A program made the position numbers and the translations under genes. From an uncultured Clostridium sp. (GTDB lineage: Bacteria > Bacillota > Clostridia > TANB77 > CAG-508), in contig CAOJKP010000001.1 of assembly GCA_948438085.1 (NCBI GenBank), positions 29,302-93,301 of the forward strand: a stretch of 64,000 bases of DNA, written 5' to 3'. How positions within the stretch are numbered: position 1 is the first letter of the stretch; each line of letters starts with the position of its first letter. The notes beneath the pieces are model-generated. The model was not told the DNA's origin, did not search any database, and worked only from the letters and a program-made list of their open reading frames with translations. Shown here in pieces: positions 1 to 10,374 of this stretch.

Positions 1-981
1 GTGTTAGAAATGTATTTAAAAAAATTGCAAATTGATAATGTAACATTAGAAAATAATTTAATATTAGCACCAATGGCAGGTATAACAGACCTGCCATTTA
101 GAATCATATGTAAAAGTTATGGCGTAGGACTTACATGTACTGAAATGGCAAGTTCTAAAGCTATTTATTATAACGATAAAAAAACAAAAGATATCTTAAA
201 AGTAGATAATGAAGAAGGCGTAATACAGGCTCAAATATTTGGAAGTGATATAGAATCACTAAAAGTTGCAGCACAATATGTAAGTGAATTTGTAGACATA
301 TTAGATATTAATATGGGATGTCCAGCACCAAAGGTTATAAAAAATGGTGATGGAAGTAAGCTATTATTAGATTTAAATAAAATAGAAGAAATTATTACAG
401 AAGTTGTAAAAGTATCTAAGGTGCCTGTAAGTATTAAAATAAGAAAAGGTTGGGATAGTGATAATATAGTAGCTACAGATGTTGCAAGGATTGCCGAAAA
501 GTGTGGTGCAAAATTAATTACAATACATGGAAGAACAAGGCAAGAATTTTTTAGTGGAGATGTAGATTTAGATATAATAAAAAAAGTGAAAGAAAGTGTA
601 AATATTCCTGTAATAGGAAATGGAAATATTGTAGATGAAGAAACAGCTTTAAAAATGCTAGAATATACAGGTGTAGATGGAATAATGATTGGAAGAGGAG
701 CTATAGGAAATCCTTGGATATTTAGGAAAATAGAATACTTTTTGAAAACAGGAGAAAAAATGCCACCAATATCCAATAAAGAAAAGTTAGAAACTATTAT
801 TAAACATATAGAATTAGAAGTTGAACAAAAGGGAGAAAAGGTTGGAATTCAAGAATTAAGAAAGCATATGGCATATTATACTAAAAATTTAAAGGATGCA
901 TCAAAAATAAGAAATATAATCAATACAATATATACCCAAAAAGAGCTTATAGAATGTTTAACAAATGCTTTTTTCGAATAA
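1..981 (+). CDS. dusB: tRNA-dihydrouridine synthase B (true start may be ATG at 10)
   Basis: Motifs LAPMAGITD, DINMGCP, TIHGRT, GNGNI and MIGRGAIGNPWIF are typical of the Dus family. Confidence 0.93.
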   Translation: MLEMYLKKLQIDNVTLENNLILAPMAGITDLPFRIICKSYGVGLTCTEMASSKAIYYNDKKTKDILKVDNEEGVIQAQIFGSDIESLKVAAQYVSEFVDILDINMGCPAPKVIKNGDGSKLLLDLNKIEEIITEVVKVSKVPVSIKIRKGWDSDNIVATDVARIAEKCGAKLITIHGRTRQEFFSGDVDLDIIKKVKESVNIPVIGNGNIVDEETALKMLEYTGVDGIMIGRGAIGNPWIFRKIEYFLKTGEKMPPISNKEKLETIIKHIELEVEQKGEKVGIQELRKHMAYYTKNLKDASKIRNIINTIYTQKELIECLTNAFFE

Positions 982-1000
982 AGACAAATTACATAGAATA

Positions 1001-1036
1001 TAAATAAGAGAATAGGAAATCCTATTCTCTTATTTA
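1001..1036 (+). terminator. Intrinsic terminator-like hairpin after dusB
   Basis: Perfect 16-bp stem: TAAATAAGAGAATAGG-aaat-CCTATTCTCTTATTTA. Confidence 0.75.
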
Positions 1037-1129
1037 GTTAATATGAAAAGTTAAACATCTACAGTCCGCTTCCAGGAAACAAATATTTTAAAACATTTCT
1101 TCCTTCGCGCTAATTATGCATATATATGT

Positions 1130-1152
1130 GTAGGAGCTGCCTTAGGCAGTCC
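1130..1152 (+). repeat. GTAG-type REP-like palindrome, copy 1
   Basis: GTAGGAGCTGCCTTAGGCAGTCC; similar copies occur at 7635, 43254, 58252 and 61475. Confidence 0.75.
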
Positions 1153-1260
1153 ACACTACAACGAATGTCTAAGCAGTACAATTATTTACTTAATTCATTA
1201 TTCAATATTAAATATTCATTGCGACTAATAAGTTGCACTAAAATAGGAGGTTTTATAAAA

Positions 1261-1899
1261 ATGAATAAAAAAATTATGTTTATAGTAGGTATAGTTTTAG
1301 TTATAATTTCTATAATTGTTTTTATTTTTTGCAAAAACGATTATAAAACATTAAAATTTGGAAATAATATAAATACATCAGCTGAAAGTATAAAAGAATA
1401 TATTTTAAATTTAAGCTCTTATGAAGCAACAGTGCAAATAGAAATTATAAGTAATAAAAATACTAATAAATATTTATTAAAGCAAAAATTTAATAATCCA
1501 GATACATTTAAACAAGAAGTATTAGAACCAGCAAATATTGAAGGTACAGTAATATCATATGAACAAAATACTCTAAAATTAGAAAATACTAAACTACAAT
1601 TATCTAAAATTTATGAGAACTATAACTATTTATGTAATAATAAATTATGCTTAAATACATTCGTAGAAGAATATAAAAATAGTAACGAAAAAAATTGTAA
1701 AGAAGAAAATAATCAAATAGTAATGGAGTATAAAGTTAAAGAAAATAATAAATATTGTACATATCAGAAATTATATATAGATAAAAAAACATGCAAACCT
1801 ATAAAAATGGAAATAAAAGATATTAACCAAAATGTAATAGTAAACATATTATATAATGAGATAAAAATAGATAGTACAAGTAAAGATGTATTAGCATAA
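1261..1899 (+). CDS. Membrane-anchored GerS/LolA-like protein (germination lipoprotein-related)
   Basis: RBS AGGAGG at ~1245 and ATG at 1261. It has an N-terminal TM helix and SYEATVQIEIISNKNTNKY...EVLEP...GTVISY. Its position upstream of mazF matches the clostridial gerS-alr-mazEF neighbourhood. Confidence 0.6.
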   Translation: MNKKIMFIVGIVLVIISIIVFIFCKNDYKTLKFGNNINTSAESIKEYILNLSSYEATVQIEIISNKNTNKYLLKQKFNNPDTFKQEVLEPANIEGTVISYEQNTLKLENTKLQLSKIYENYNYLCNNKLCLNTFVEEYKNSNEKNCKEENNQIVMEYKVKENNKYCTYQKLYIDKKTCKPIKMEIKDINQNVIVNILYNEIKIDSTSKDVLA

Positions 1900-1970
1900 A
1901 TAGAATTAACTATTTGTCTCGAGCCAAATTAAAATATATCAATAAAAGTTGTAATATTAGGAGTGGTAAA

Positions 1971-2321
1971 ATGGTAGTTAAAAGAGGAGATATGTTTTAT
2001 GCAGATTTAAGTCCAGTAGTTGGCTCAGAACAAGGGGGAATTAGACCTGTATTAATAATACAAAACGATTTGGGAAACAAATATAGTCCAACAGTTATAG
2101 CAGCAGCAATTACTTCACAAACAGGAAAAACAAAATTACCAACACATATACAATTAGATAGTACAGAATGTGGGTTAAAATCAGACTCAGTGGTTCTTAC
2201 AGAACAAATTAGGACAATAGATAAAAGCAGGCTAAAGGAAAAAATAGGACACATAGATGATAACACAATTATAAATAGAATTAATGATGCCTTAGGTGTA
2301 AGTTTTGGACTAGAAGAATAA
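1971..2321 (+). CDS. mazF: MazF/PemK family mRNA interferase (EndoA/NdoA-like)
   Basis: RBS AGGAG precedes ATG 1971. The sequence VKRGDMFYADLSPVVGSEQGGIRPVLIIQND...EQIRTIDKSRL is characteristic of NdoA. Confidence 0.95.
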   Translation: MVVKRGDMFYADLSPVVGSEQGGIRPVLIIQNDLGNKYSPTVIAAAITSQTGKTKLPTHIQLDSTECGLKSDSVVLTEQIRTIDKSRLKEKIGHIDDNTIINRINDALGVSFGLEE

Positions 2322-2345
2322 TAAAAATAAAAATGATAAAACATG

Positions 2346-2384
2346 TGAATGCGTAGGAAAATAAAGCTACGCATTCATTTTTTT
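2346..2384 (+). terminator. Intrinsic terminator after mazF
   Basis: TGAATGCGTAG...CTACGCATTCA stem followed by a T-tract. Confidence 0.8.
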
Positions 2385-2562
2385 AACAAAAAAGACTAAA
2401 AGGTGTAATAAATGTATATAAAACAACTAAAAAATGTAGTTGCGTAAGCAAAAAAATTTCGAATTTTGTAATAAATGGAATAAATAGAAAATACTGATAT
2501 TGAAAAAGGAATATAAATACTCTACTATAATATTAAGGATAATTATAAAGAAGGAGAAACTC

Positions 2563-5500
2563 ATGAAAAGGAAATATATTAAAATTACTAGTTTAATAAT
2601 TATTGCTATGATATTATTTGCATCAATAATAGGCATTTGGTATGTAACATATGGAGCAACAACTACATATGTAGTAGGAGAAAATGCAGAAGCTACTTTT
2701 AACAGTATAACAGGAGAACTTACAGTTAGAAGCACATCTGGAGTAGGAAAAATAAGTATTCGTAGTGCTGATAGTTGGGCTAATTTAGATTATCATATAG
2801 GAAAAGAAAATGTAAAAACGATAACGTTTGTTAATAAAATTTATGGTGCAGGAGGAGCAAGATATTTCGAATCATTCCTGGAAGGATATAGTAATTTAAC
2901 TACTATTAATAATTTTAATTATGTAGATACATCTAAAATAACTGATATGAGTTCAATGTTTAGTGGGTGTAAATCATTGACAAGTATAGACTTAAGCAAT
3001 TTTGATACATCTAGTGCAACTGATATGGAAAGTATGTTTAGTGGATGTAGCTTATTAACAAACATAGATGTAAGTGGATTTGATACATCAAATGTAACGA
3101 AAATGAGGAGAATGTTTAGTGGATGTAGTTCATTAACAAGTATAGATGTAAGAAATTTTGATACATCAAATGTGACTGATATGTGTTTAATATTTAGCGG
3201 ATGTGAATCATTAACAAACATAGATGTAAGTGGATTTGATACATCTAAAATAACTGATATGAGTTCAATGTTTAGTGGATGTAGTTCATTAACAAGTATA
3301 GATGTAAGTGGATTTAATACATCAAATGTAACGAATATGAGTGCAATGTTTATAGGATGTAGTTCATTAACAAGTATAGATGTAAGCAATTTTGATACGT
3401 CGAATGCAACTTATATGAGTTCAATATTTAGTGGATGTAGTTCATTAACAAGTATAGATGTAAGTGGATTTGATACGTCAAATGTAACTTATATGGAAGA
3501 CATGTTTTATAAATGTGAATCATTAAAAAACATAGATGTAAGTGGATTTGATACGTCAAATGTAACTAGTATGAAAGGTATGTTTATGATGTGTGAATCA
3601 TTAACAAGCATAGATGTAAGTGGATTTAATACATCGAATGTAACTCGTATAGATGATATATTTAGTTATTGTGAGCAATTAACAAGTTTAAATATAAGCA
3701 ATTTTGACATGTCATTATGCAGTTATACGAGCTATATATGTAGATGGTGTGAGAATTTAACTGATATTTATACACCTAAAAAATATAGTGAAACACGTAA
3801 AATAAGTTTACCATATTATTACTATAATTATACTAATGGGTTAGATACTAAAGCATACAATAATATAGGAGCAGAGGATTTTGAATTACCAGTACATTTA
3901 AAAAGAGGATATGGAATTGTATACAATGCAAATGGTGGGACAGGTAGTATGGATGTACAGTTAAAAAAACCAGGAATAACTGTTAATATAGCTGAAAATG
4001 GATTCTTGGGACCAGAAGGTAAAGTTTTCGATTGTTGGAGAACATCGTATACAAGTGGAACTAAATATGATGTAGGAAATGAGTATACAATGGATAGAGA
4101 CTTAACATTATATGCACAATGGAAGGATGCTAGTTTAACAGTTACATTTAAAGATGGAGATAAAATAGAGGAAGTAGAAGTTAGTTTAGGAGGAAATGCA
4201 ACAGCACCAGATTGGGAAAAAATAGGGTATAATCTTTCGTGGGATAGAGAATTTACAAATGTACAAGAAAACATAGTAGTAAATGCAGTATGGACACCTA
4301 TTACATATAATATAACATATGTATTAAATGAAGGAGCAATAACAGATACAAATTTTGTACAAAATTACACATATGGAATAGAAGCAACACTACCTTCAAA
4401 TGTAAATAAAACAAAATACGTATTTAGAGGCTGGTACGATAATGCAGAATTAACAGGAGAAGCAATAACAGCAATAGGAATAGAAGAAACAGGGGACAAA
4501 ACATATTATGCAAAATGGTTAAAAGATACAGATGGAGATGGAACCCCAGATATAGAAGATACAGATACCCAAGTAAGATATACAATAGAACATTACAAAC
4601 AAAATACAGACTTAACAACATATACAAAAGTAGAAACAGATACCAGTAAAACAGGGCAATTAGGAAGTACAGCAGTAGCAGAAGCAAAAACATATGAAGG
4701 ATTTATAGAAAACACAACACACGAAGAAAGAGTGCCAAGTGGAACAGTAGTAGATGATGAAAGTCTAACATTAAAATTATATTATGATAGAGAAGAATAT
4801 GAAATAACATATGTATTAAATGAAGGAGCAATAACAGATACAAATTTTGTACAAAATTACACATATGGAATAGGAGGAACATTACCAAGTAATGTAAGAA
4901 AAGAAGGATATGTATTTAGAGGATGGTATAAGGAAGAAGATTTTAGTGGAACACAAGTAACAGCAATAGGAATAGCAGAAACAGAAGTAAAAACATACTA
5001 TGCAAAGTGGTTAGTAGATACAGATAAAGATGGAATACCAGACGAAGAAGATCCAGAAACATTAGTAAACTATACAATAGAACATTATAAGCAAAACTTA
5101 GCCAAAACAGGATATGATGAGCCAGAAAGAGAAACAAAACAAGGAAATTTAGGAAGTACAGTAATAGCATCAGCAAAAGAATATACAGGATTTAGGGAAA
5201 ATACAACACACGAAGAAAGAGTGCAAAGTGGAACCGTAGTAGTAGATGGAAGTTTAGTATTAAAACTATATTATGATAGGGAAACATATAGCATAACATA
5301 TGTGTTAAATGAAGGAGCAATAACAGATACAAACTTTGTACAAAACTATACATATGGAATAGGAGCAACGTTACCAAGTAATGCAAGCAAAACAGGATAT
5401 GTATTTAGAGGATGGTATGAAAATAGTGATTTAAGAGGAGAAGTAAAAACAGCAATAACAGCAGAAGAAACAGGAGCAAAAACATACTATGCGAAATGGT

Positions 5501-7521
5501 TAGTAGATACAGATGGAGATGGAATACCAGATGAAGAAGACACAGAAACATTAGTAAACTATACAATAGAACACTATAAGCAAAACTTAGTAAAAACAGG
5601 ATATGATGAGCCAGAAAGAGAAACAAAACAAGGAAATTTAGGAAGTACAGTAATAGCAGGAGCAAAAACATATACAGGGTTTAGGCAAAATATAGCACAC
5701 GAAGAAAGAGTAGCAAGTGGAACAGTAGTAGCAGATGGAAGTTTAGTACTAAAGCTATATTATGATAGGGAAACATATCAAATAACATATATAGTAAATG
5801 AAGGAACAATAAATGAAGAAAATTATATCCAAAACTATACATATGGAATAGGAGGAAAACTACCAAGTGATGTAACAAAGCAAGGATATACATTTAGAGG
5901 ATGGTATGAAAATAGTGATTTAAGAGGAGAAGAAAAAACAGTAATAACAGCAGAAGAAACAGGAGCAAAAACATATTATGCAAGTTGGACAGCAGATGGA
6001 AATACAACATACAAAGTAGAACATTACAAAGAAAATTTAGCCCAAAGTGGATATGATTTAGCAGAAACAGAGAATAAAGAAGGAATAACAGGAGAAAATG
6101 TAACAGCAGTAGCAAAAGAATATGAAGGGTTTGTAGAAAATAGAACAGCATCAGGAAGAATAGAAGAAGGAATAGTAAAAGCAGATGGAACATTAACATT
6201 AAAATTATATTATAATAGAGAAATATATGATATAACATATGTATTAAATGAAGGAACAATTGTAGATACAAATTATGCTACACAATATAAATATGGAATA
6301 GCAAGAACATTACCAAGTAATGTAACAAAACAAGGATATGTATTTAGAGGTTGGTATGAAAATGAAGAATTAACAGGAGAAGCAATAACAGCAATAGATG
6401 CAGAACAAACAGGAACAAAAACATACTATGCAAAATGGCTAGTAGATACAGATGGAGATGGAATACCAGATGAAGAAGATAATGAAACAATGGTAAATTA
6501 TATAGTAAAACATTATAAACAAATTGGTATTACAAATCAATACAAAGCAGAAGAAGTTGAAACATTAATAGGTGCAGTAGGAAGTACAGTAACAGCCATT
6601 GCAAAACAATATGAAGGGTATGTTGAAAATACAAATGTAGTAGAAAGAATACCTCAAGGAATAGTTACAATAGATGGAAAACTAGAATTAAAGCTATTTT
6701 ATGATACAATAAAACATAGCGTAGTATTTAAAGATGGAGACGAAATAGTTGAAACACAAATAGTAGAAAATAAAAAATCTGCAGTAGCACCAAGTTTAAT
6801 AAAAGAAGGATATACACTAAGTTGGGATAAATCATTTGAAGAAGTAACTAGTGATTTAGAAATAAATGCAGTATGGACAAAAATAGAAGTTGGAAATAAA
6901 GCATATAAAGTTGAACACTACGCTCCAACAAAAGAAGGTTATGAATTAAAAGAAGTAGAAGAATTTCAAGATAGTATAGGACAAACAGTAGTGGCAAAAC
7001 CAAAAGAATATGAAGCATATGTATTTGATGAGGAAAATCAAAATAATGTAACAACAGGAAATATAACCGAAAGTGAAGAATTAATATTAAAAATATACTA
7101 TAAAATTAGAAAAATAACTGTAATATTTAAAGATGGAGAAGAAGTAATAGACACACAAGTAGTAGATTATGGAACAACTCCAAATCCACCAGAATTAACA
7201 AAACCAGGATATATAGCAAACTGGAAGGAACAAGAAAGTAATGAAACAGGGGAGAAAATATATATATTAGAATGGGTAAAAGACCCAAATTATAAAGACC
7301 CAAATCAAAATAATAATACTAATAACAATGACGATAATGGAATACCAGAAAAGCCAAGTAAATTACCTCAAACAGGAGAAAAAATGGTTGGAGCAGCAGG
7401 AGTAGTACTAATTCCTGTATTATCTGCATCATTGGTAGAAACAGTAATTTTCTATAGAAGATATCAAAAAGCAAAGCAACTAGCATTATTAAAAAATAAA
7501 CTTATGAAATTCTTTTCATAA
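2563..7521 (+). CDS. Large LPxTG-anchored surface protein with BspA/DUF285-type repeats and InlB-B/MucBP-like repeats
   Basis: RBS AAGGAG and ATG 2563, then a signal peptide. It has ~10 repeats of DTSNVTxMxxMFSGCSSLTSIDVSGF, five ITYVLNEG...GYVFRGWY...YYAKW modules (most with DTDGDG-like loops), and a C-terminal LPQTG + TM + basic tail. Confidence 0.85.
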   Translation: MKRKYIKITSLIIIAMILFASIIGIWYVTYGATTTYVVGENAEATFNSITGELTVRSTSGVGKISIRSADSWANLDYHIGKENVKTITFVNKIYGAGGARYFESFLEGYSNLTTINNFNYVDTSKITDMSSMFSGCKSLTSIDLSNFDTSSATDMESMFSGCSLLTNIDVSGFDTSNVTKMRRMFSGCSSLTSIDVRNFDTSNVTDMCLIFSGCESLTNIDVSGFDTSKITDMSSMFSGCSSLTSIDVSGFNTSNVTNMSAMFIGCSSLTSIDVSNFDTSNATYMSSIFSGCSSLTSIDVSGFDTSNVTYMEDMFYKCESLKNIDVSGFDTSNVTSMKGMFMMCESLTSIDVSGFNTSNVTRIDDIFSYCEQLTSLNISNFDMSLCSYTSYICRWCENLTDIYTPKKYSETRKISLPYYYYNYTNGLDTKAYNNIGAEDFELPVHLKRGYGIVYNANGGTGSMDVQLKKPGITVNIAENGFLGPEGKVFDCWRTSYTSGTKYDVGNEYTMDRDLTLYAQWKDASLTVTFKDGDKIEEVEVSLGGNATAPDWEKIGYNLSWDREFTNVQENIVVNAVWTPITYNITYVLNEGAITDTNFVQNYTYGIEATLPSNVNKTKYVFRGWYDNAELTGEAITAIGIEETGDKTYYAKWLKDTDGDGTPDIEDTDTQVRYTIEHYKQNTDLTTYTKVETDTSKTGQLGSTAVAEAKTYEGFIENTTHEERVPSGTVVDDESLTLKLYYDREEYEITYVLNEGAITDTNFVQNYTYGIGGTLPSNVRKEGYVFRGWYKEEDFSGTQVTAIGIAETEVKTYYAKWLVDTDKDGIPDEEDPETLVNYTIEHYKQNLAKTGYDEPERETKQGNLGSTVIASAKEYTGFRENTTHEERVQSGTVVVDGSLVLKLYYDRETYSITYVLNEGAITDTNFVQNYTYGIGATLPSNASKTGYVFRGWYENSDLRGEVKTAITAEETGAKTYYAKWLVDTDGDGIPDEEDTETLVNYTIEHYKQNLVKTGYDEPERETKQGNLGSTVIAGAKTYTGFRQNIAHEERVASGTVVADGSLVLKLYYDRETYQITYIVNEGTINEENYIQNYTYGIGGKLPSDVTKQGYTFRGWYENSDLRGEEKTVITAEETGAKTYYASWTADGNTTYKVEHYKENLAQSGYDLAETENKEGITGENVTAVAKEYEGFVENRTASGRIEEGIVKADGTLTLKLYYNREIYDITYVLNEGTIVDTNYATQYKYGIARTLPSNVTKQGYVFRGWYENEELTGEAITAIDAEQTGTKTYYAKWLVDTDGDGIPDEEDNETMVNYIVKHYKQIGITNQYKAEEVETLIGAVGSTVTAIAKQYEGYVENTNVVERIPQGIVTIDGKLELKLFYDTIKHSVVFKDGDEIVETQIVENKKSAVAPSLIKEGYTLSWDKSFEEVTSDLEINAVWTKIEVGNKAYKVEHYAPTKEGYELKEVEEFQDSIGQTVVAKPKEYEAYVFDEENQNNVTTGNITESEELILKIYYKIRKITVIFKDGEEVIDTQVVDYGTTPNPPELTKPGYIANWKEQESNETGEKIYILEWVKDPNYKDPNQNNNTNNNDDNGIPEKPSKLPQTGEKMVGAAGVVLIPVLSASLVETVIFYRRYQKAKQLALLKNKLMKFFS
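2926..3712 (+). repeat. 78-bp tandem coding repeats (26-aa DUF285/BspA-like), about 10 copies
   Basis: Recurrent GATACATC...ATGTTTAGTGGATGT...TTAACAAGTATAGATGTAAG units at 78-bp spacing. Confidence 0.85.
4312..6710 (+). repeat. Five ~450-490-bp coding repeats
   Basis: Units starting ATAACATATGTATTAAATGAAGG (or close variants) at 4312, 4804, 5293, 5782 and 6232. Confidence 0.85.
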
Positions 7522-7582
7522 AAGAATATTATAATTAAAAAATTTAGTATAAAACATCAATTTTATATGTGAATTATTACCA

Positions 7583-7621
7583 AGAACTGATTGAAATTCT
7601 AAGATTTCAGTCAGTTCTTTT
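7583..7621 (+). terminator. Intrinsic terminator after the surface protein gene
   Basis: AAGAACTGATTGAAAT...ATTTCAGTCAGTTCTTTT hairpin. Confidence 0.7.
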
Positions 7622-7634
7622 ATAGTATAAGTGT

Positions 7635-7911
7635 GTAGGGACTGCCTTAGGCAGTCCGTCCTAAATAGGAATACCCAAGAAAAGTAATTATTCATTCTTC
7701 ATTATTCACTATTCAATATTCATTGCAATCGGAAGATTGCACCAAAGTCCGCTCCCAGGAAGCAAATGTTTTAAAATATTTTGAACAGTCGCCATTCCCC
7801 AATGAAATTGTAAAAAATACTAACGTATTTTAACAAATTAATTGCTCACCCACGCATGGCTCCTCATCGTTCTGCAATATTTTTAAAACATTTCTTCCTT
7901 CGTGCTAATTA
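7635..7911. repeat. Composite intergenic repeat: REP-like palindrome, TATTCAN heptamers, small hairpin and a ~165-bp IR-bounded MITE-like unit
   Basis: GTAGGGACTGCCTTAGGCAGTCC at 7635. GGAAGCAAATGTTTTAAAATATT and AATATTTTTAAAACATTTCTTCC form inverted ends. Related shorter pieces occur at 1061-1116, 1192-1243 and 10446-10495. Confidence 0.65.
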
Positions 7912-8090
7912 CGATTATATAAACATATTGGCAAATTACCAGCTTTTCATAACGACAGCAACGAACAGAAATAATTTTATATATAACTATATCTATAACA
8001 TGTTTAATAATAGAATTTTTGATTGTTAATTTGTTTTTTTTAAGCTAGGTAAAGAATAATAAAAAAAATTAAAAAAATTTTAAAAAGTAC

Positions 8091-8163
8091 TTGCAAAATA
8101 AGAAATCTTATATTACAATTTAATTGAAGTGGAGCAAAGTGGTATGAAGTGGTAAAAAAATGG
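8091..8163 (+). promoter_or_regulatory. SigA-type promoter of mraZ with MraZ-binding direct repeats
   Basis: TTGCAA (8091)-17 bp-TACAAT (8114). AAGTGG repeats have GTGG at 8129, 8139 and 8149 (10-bp period), like known MraZ boxes. Confidence 0.8.
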
Positions 8164-8179
8164 AACGAGGTGACAAAAA

Positions 8180-8611
8180 GTGTTTATAGGTGAATACGAA
8201 CATAACGTAGATGCCAAAGGCAGAATAATAATGCCAGCCAAGCTAAGAGAAGAAATAGGAGATACATTCATAATTACTAAGGGATTAGATGGTTGTTTAT
8301 TTGCGTATTCACAAACAGAATGGACAAACTTTGAGGAAAAGCTAAAATCTTTACCATTAGCACAAAAAAATGCAAGAAACTTTGTAAGATTCTTCTTATC
8401 TGGAGCAGTAGAATGTGAAATTGATAAACAAGGAAGATTTCTTATTCCATCGAACTTAAGAGAACACGCATCACTAGATAAAGAAATAGTAATAATAGGA
8501 GTTGGAACAAGACTTGAAATATGGAATAGGCAAACATGGAAACAATATAGTAGTGATGATAACATATCTGCAGATGAAATAGCAGAAAATATGACAATGT
8601 TAGGAATATAA
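8180..8611 (+). CDS. mraZ: Division/cell wall cluster transcriptional repressor MraZ
   Basis: [19 protein letters not shown]...DKQGRFLIP...GVGTRLEIW; first gene of the dcw cluster. Confidence 0.97.
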   Translation: MFIGEYEHNVDAKGRIIMPAKLREEIGDTFIITKGLDGCLFAYSQTEWTNFEEKLKSLPLAQKNARNFVRFFLSGAVECEIDKQGRFLIPSNLREHASLDKEIVIIGVGTRLEIWNRQTWKQYSSDDNISADEIAENMTMLGI

Positions 8612-8636
8612 TCTTTTTTTAAAAAGTTTATATATA

Positions 8637-8830
8637 TACAAAAGAAAAAATGTAATATACAAAAGATGAAAACTAAAAAAACAAAAGATAAAGTTTACAA
8701 AAGAAAAAGCATACAAAAGATAAATTATTAAAGTCTAAAGAGAAAATTGAATTTCAAAAGATAAATCTATAAGGTACAAAAGTTAATATAAGTACCAAAG
8801 ATAATGTTATAAAATAAATATACTAAAGAT
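8637..8830 (+). repeat. Array of about 10 degenerate TACAAAAGAT motifs
   Basis: Copies at 8637, 8658, 8680, 8696, 8712, 8734, 8753, 8775, 8793 and 8821. Confidence 0.6.
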
Positions 8831-8912
8831 GAAAATAAAATTTGGACAACAGTTGGTATTTTTCTAAGTACCAACTGTTTGTGCAATTAAGCAAAAAAAT
8901 AGAGGTGCATAA

Positions 8913-9845
8913 TTGGAATTTAATCATAAACCAGTATTATTAAAACAATGTATAGAAGGGCTAAACATTAAAGAAAATGGTATATATGTAGATGGAACTT
9001 TAGGAGGAGCAGGACATAGTAAAGAAATATTAAAAAGACTATCTAGTAAAGGAATGTTAATTGGAATAGATAGAGATTTTGAAGCGCTTGATACTGCAAA
9101 AGAAAGATTAAAAGATTTTTCAAATGTAAAGTTCGTACATGGAAACCATGATGATATAAAGCAAATTCTTCAAGATGAAAATATTAATGAAGTTGATGGA
9201 ATATTATTAGATTTAGGAATTTCTTCGTATCAGATTGACGAAAAGCAACGTGGTTTTAGTTATATGTTAGATAGTGAACTTGATATGAGAATGGATAGGA
9301 CACAAACGTTTACAGCAAAAGAACTAGTAAATACATATAAAGAAGAACAACTAAGCAATATAATATATGAATATGGTGAGGAAAAACATTCAAGAAGAAT
9401 AGCAAAAAAAATCTGTGAATATAGAAAAAATAAAATCATAGAAACAACACTTGAATTAGTAGAAATAATAAAAATGGCAATGCCATATATTGATAAAAGT
9501 GCAGGACATCCTGCAAAACGAACATTTCAAGCAATAAGAATAGAAGTAAATAATGAAATAGAACCATTATATGATACTATAAATCAATCAATAGAATGTT
9601 TAAAAAACGGTGGAAGGTTATGTGTAATAACATTTCATTCATTAGAAGATAGAGCTGTAAAAAATGCATTTATAAAAGCACAAGGAAAGTGTGTTTGTCC
9701 TAATGATATACCATATTGTGTATGTGGTGCAAAAAAAATAGGAAATATAATTACCAAAAAGCCTATATTACCAGATAAAAAAGAACAAACAGAAAATTCA
9801 AGAGCCAAAAGTGCTAAACTTAGAATTTTTGAAAAAATAGTATAA
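8913..9845 (+). CDS. rsmH: 16S rRNA m4C1402 methyltransferase RsmH
   Basis: Motifs HKPVLL, DGTLGGAGHS, DLGISSYQID, LDMRMD, FQAIRIEVN, ITFHSLEDR and NSRAKSAKLR. Confidence 0.97.
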   Translation: MEFNHKPVLLKQCIEGLNIKENGIYVDGTLGGAGHSKEILKRLSSKGMLIGIDRDFEALDTAKERLKDFSNVKFVHGNHDDIKQILQDENINEVDGILLDLGISSYQIDEKQRGFSYMLDSELDMRMDRTQTFTAKELVNTYKEEQLSNIIYEYGEEKHSRRIAKKICEYRKNKIIETTLELVEIIKMAMPYIDKSAGHPAKRTFQAIRIEVNNEIEPLYDTINQSIECLKNGGRLCVITFHSLEDRAVKNAFIKAQGKCVCPNDIPYCVCGAKKIGNIITKKPILPDKKEQTENSRAKSAKLRIFEKIV

Positions 9846-9879
9846 AAATATAAGTAAAAAAGAAGGGGGTGAATAACTT

Positions 9880-10374
9880 ATGGCTAGATATCAATATGAA
9901 ACAAGTCCTAGAAAATTACAACCTGAATATGAAGCAAAGAAAGTAAAAAATAAAAAGAAATTGCAATCAAAACCTAAAAAGAATAAGAAGGTAGAAGTAA
10001 AAAGTGCTAAGAAAAGTCAACTGAAATTAGTTTTTTATGTAATAGTTGGATTTGGAGTTTTATTTACTATAAGTTATAGGAACTCTCTTATAAATGAAAG
10101 TTTTTCGAAAAATCAAAAGTTAAGAGCAACTTTTACAACATTACAAAAAGAAAATGAGCAGTTAAGTGTAAATATTGAAGATAGTTTAAATTTAAAAACA
10201 ATAGAGCAATCTGCAAAAGAATTATTAGGAATGCAAAGACTAGAAAATTCACAAAAAATATATGTAAATTTACCAAAACAAGATTATGTTGAACCAGCAT
10301 CAGAAGAAATAATAAAAGAAGAACAAGCAGATGGAATATTTAGTCAGATTATAAATTTTATATTGGGAAAATAA
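9880..10374 (+). CDS. ftsL: FtsL-like cell division protein
   Basis: Follows rsmH. Basic N-terminus, one TM helix, coiled coil and IEQSAKELLGM motif. Confidence 0.7.
   Translation: MARYQYETSPRKLQPEYEAKKVKNKKKLQSKPKKNKKVEVKSAKKSQLKLVFYVIVGFGVLFTISYRNSLINESFSKNQKLRATFTTLQKENEQLSVNIEDSLNLKTIEQSAKELLGMQRLENSQKIYVNLPKQDYVEPASEEIIKEEQADGIFSQIINFILGK

Noticed and set aside
1126-1260. N-terminal extension of the 1126-1899 ORF
   Set aside because: It runs through a REP-like repeat; the RBS supports ATG 1261.
2926-6710. Diversity-generating retroelement or shufflon in the repeat-rich surface genes
   Set aside because: No reverse transcriptase, no adenine-specific TR/VR pair and no inverted cassettes; these are ordinary intragenic domain repeats.
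8637-8830. Possible CRISPR array
   Set aside because: The repeats are only ~10 bp and degenerate, the spacers are 6-18 bp, and no cas genes are present.
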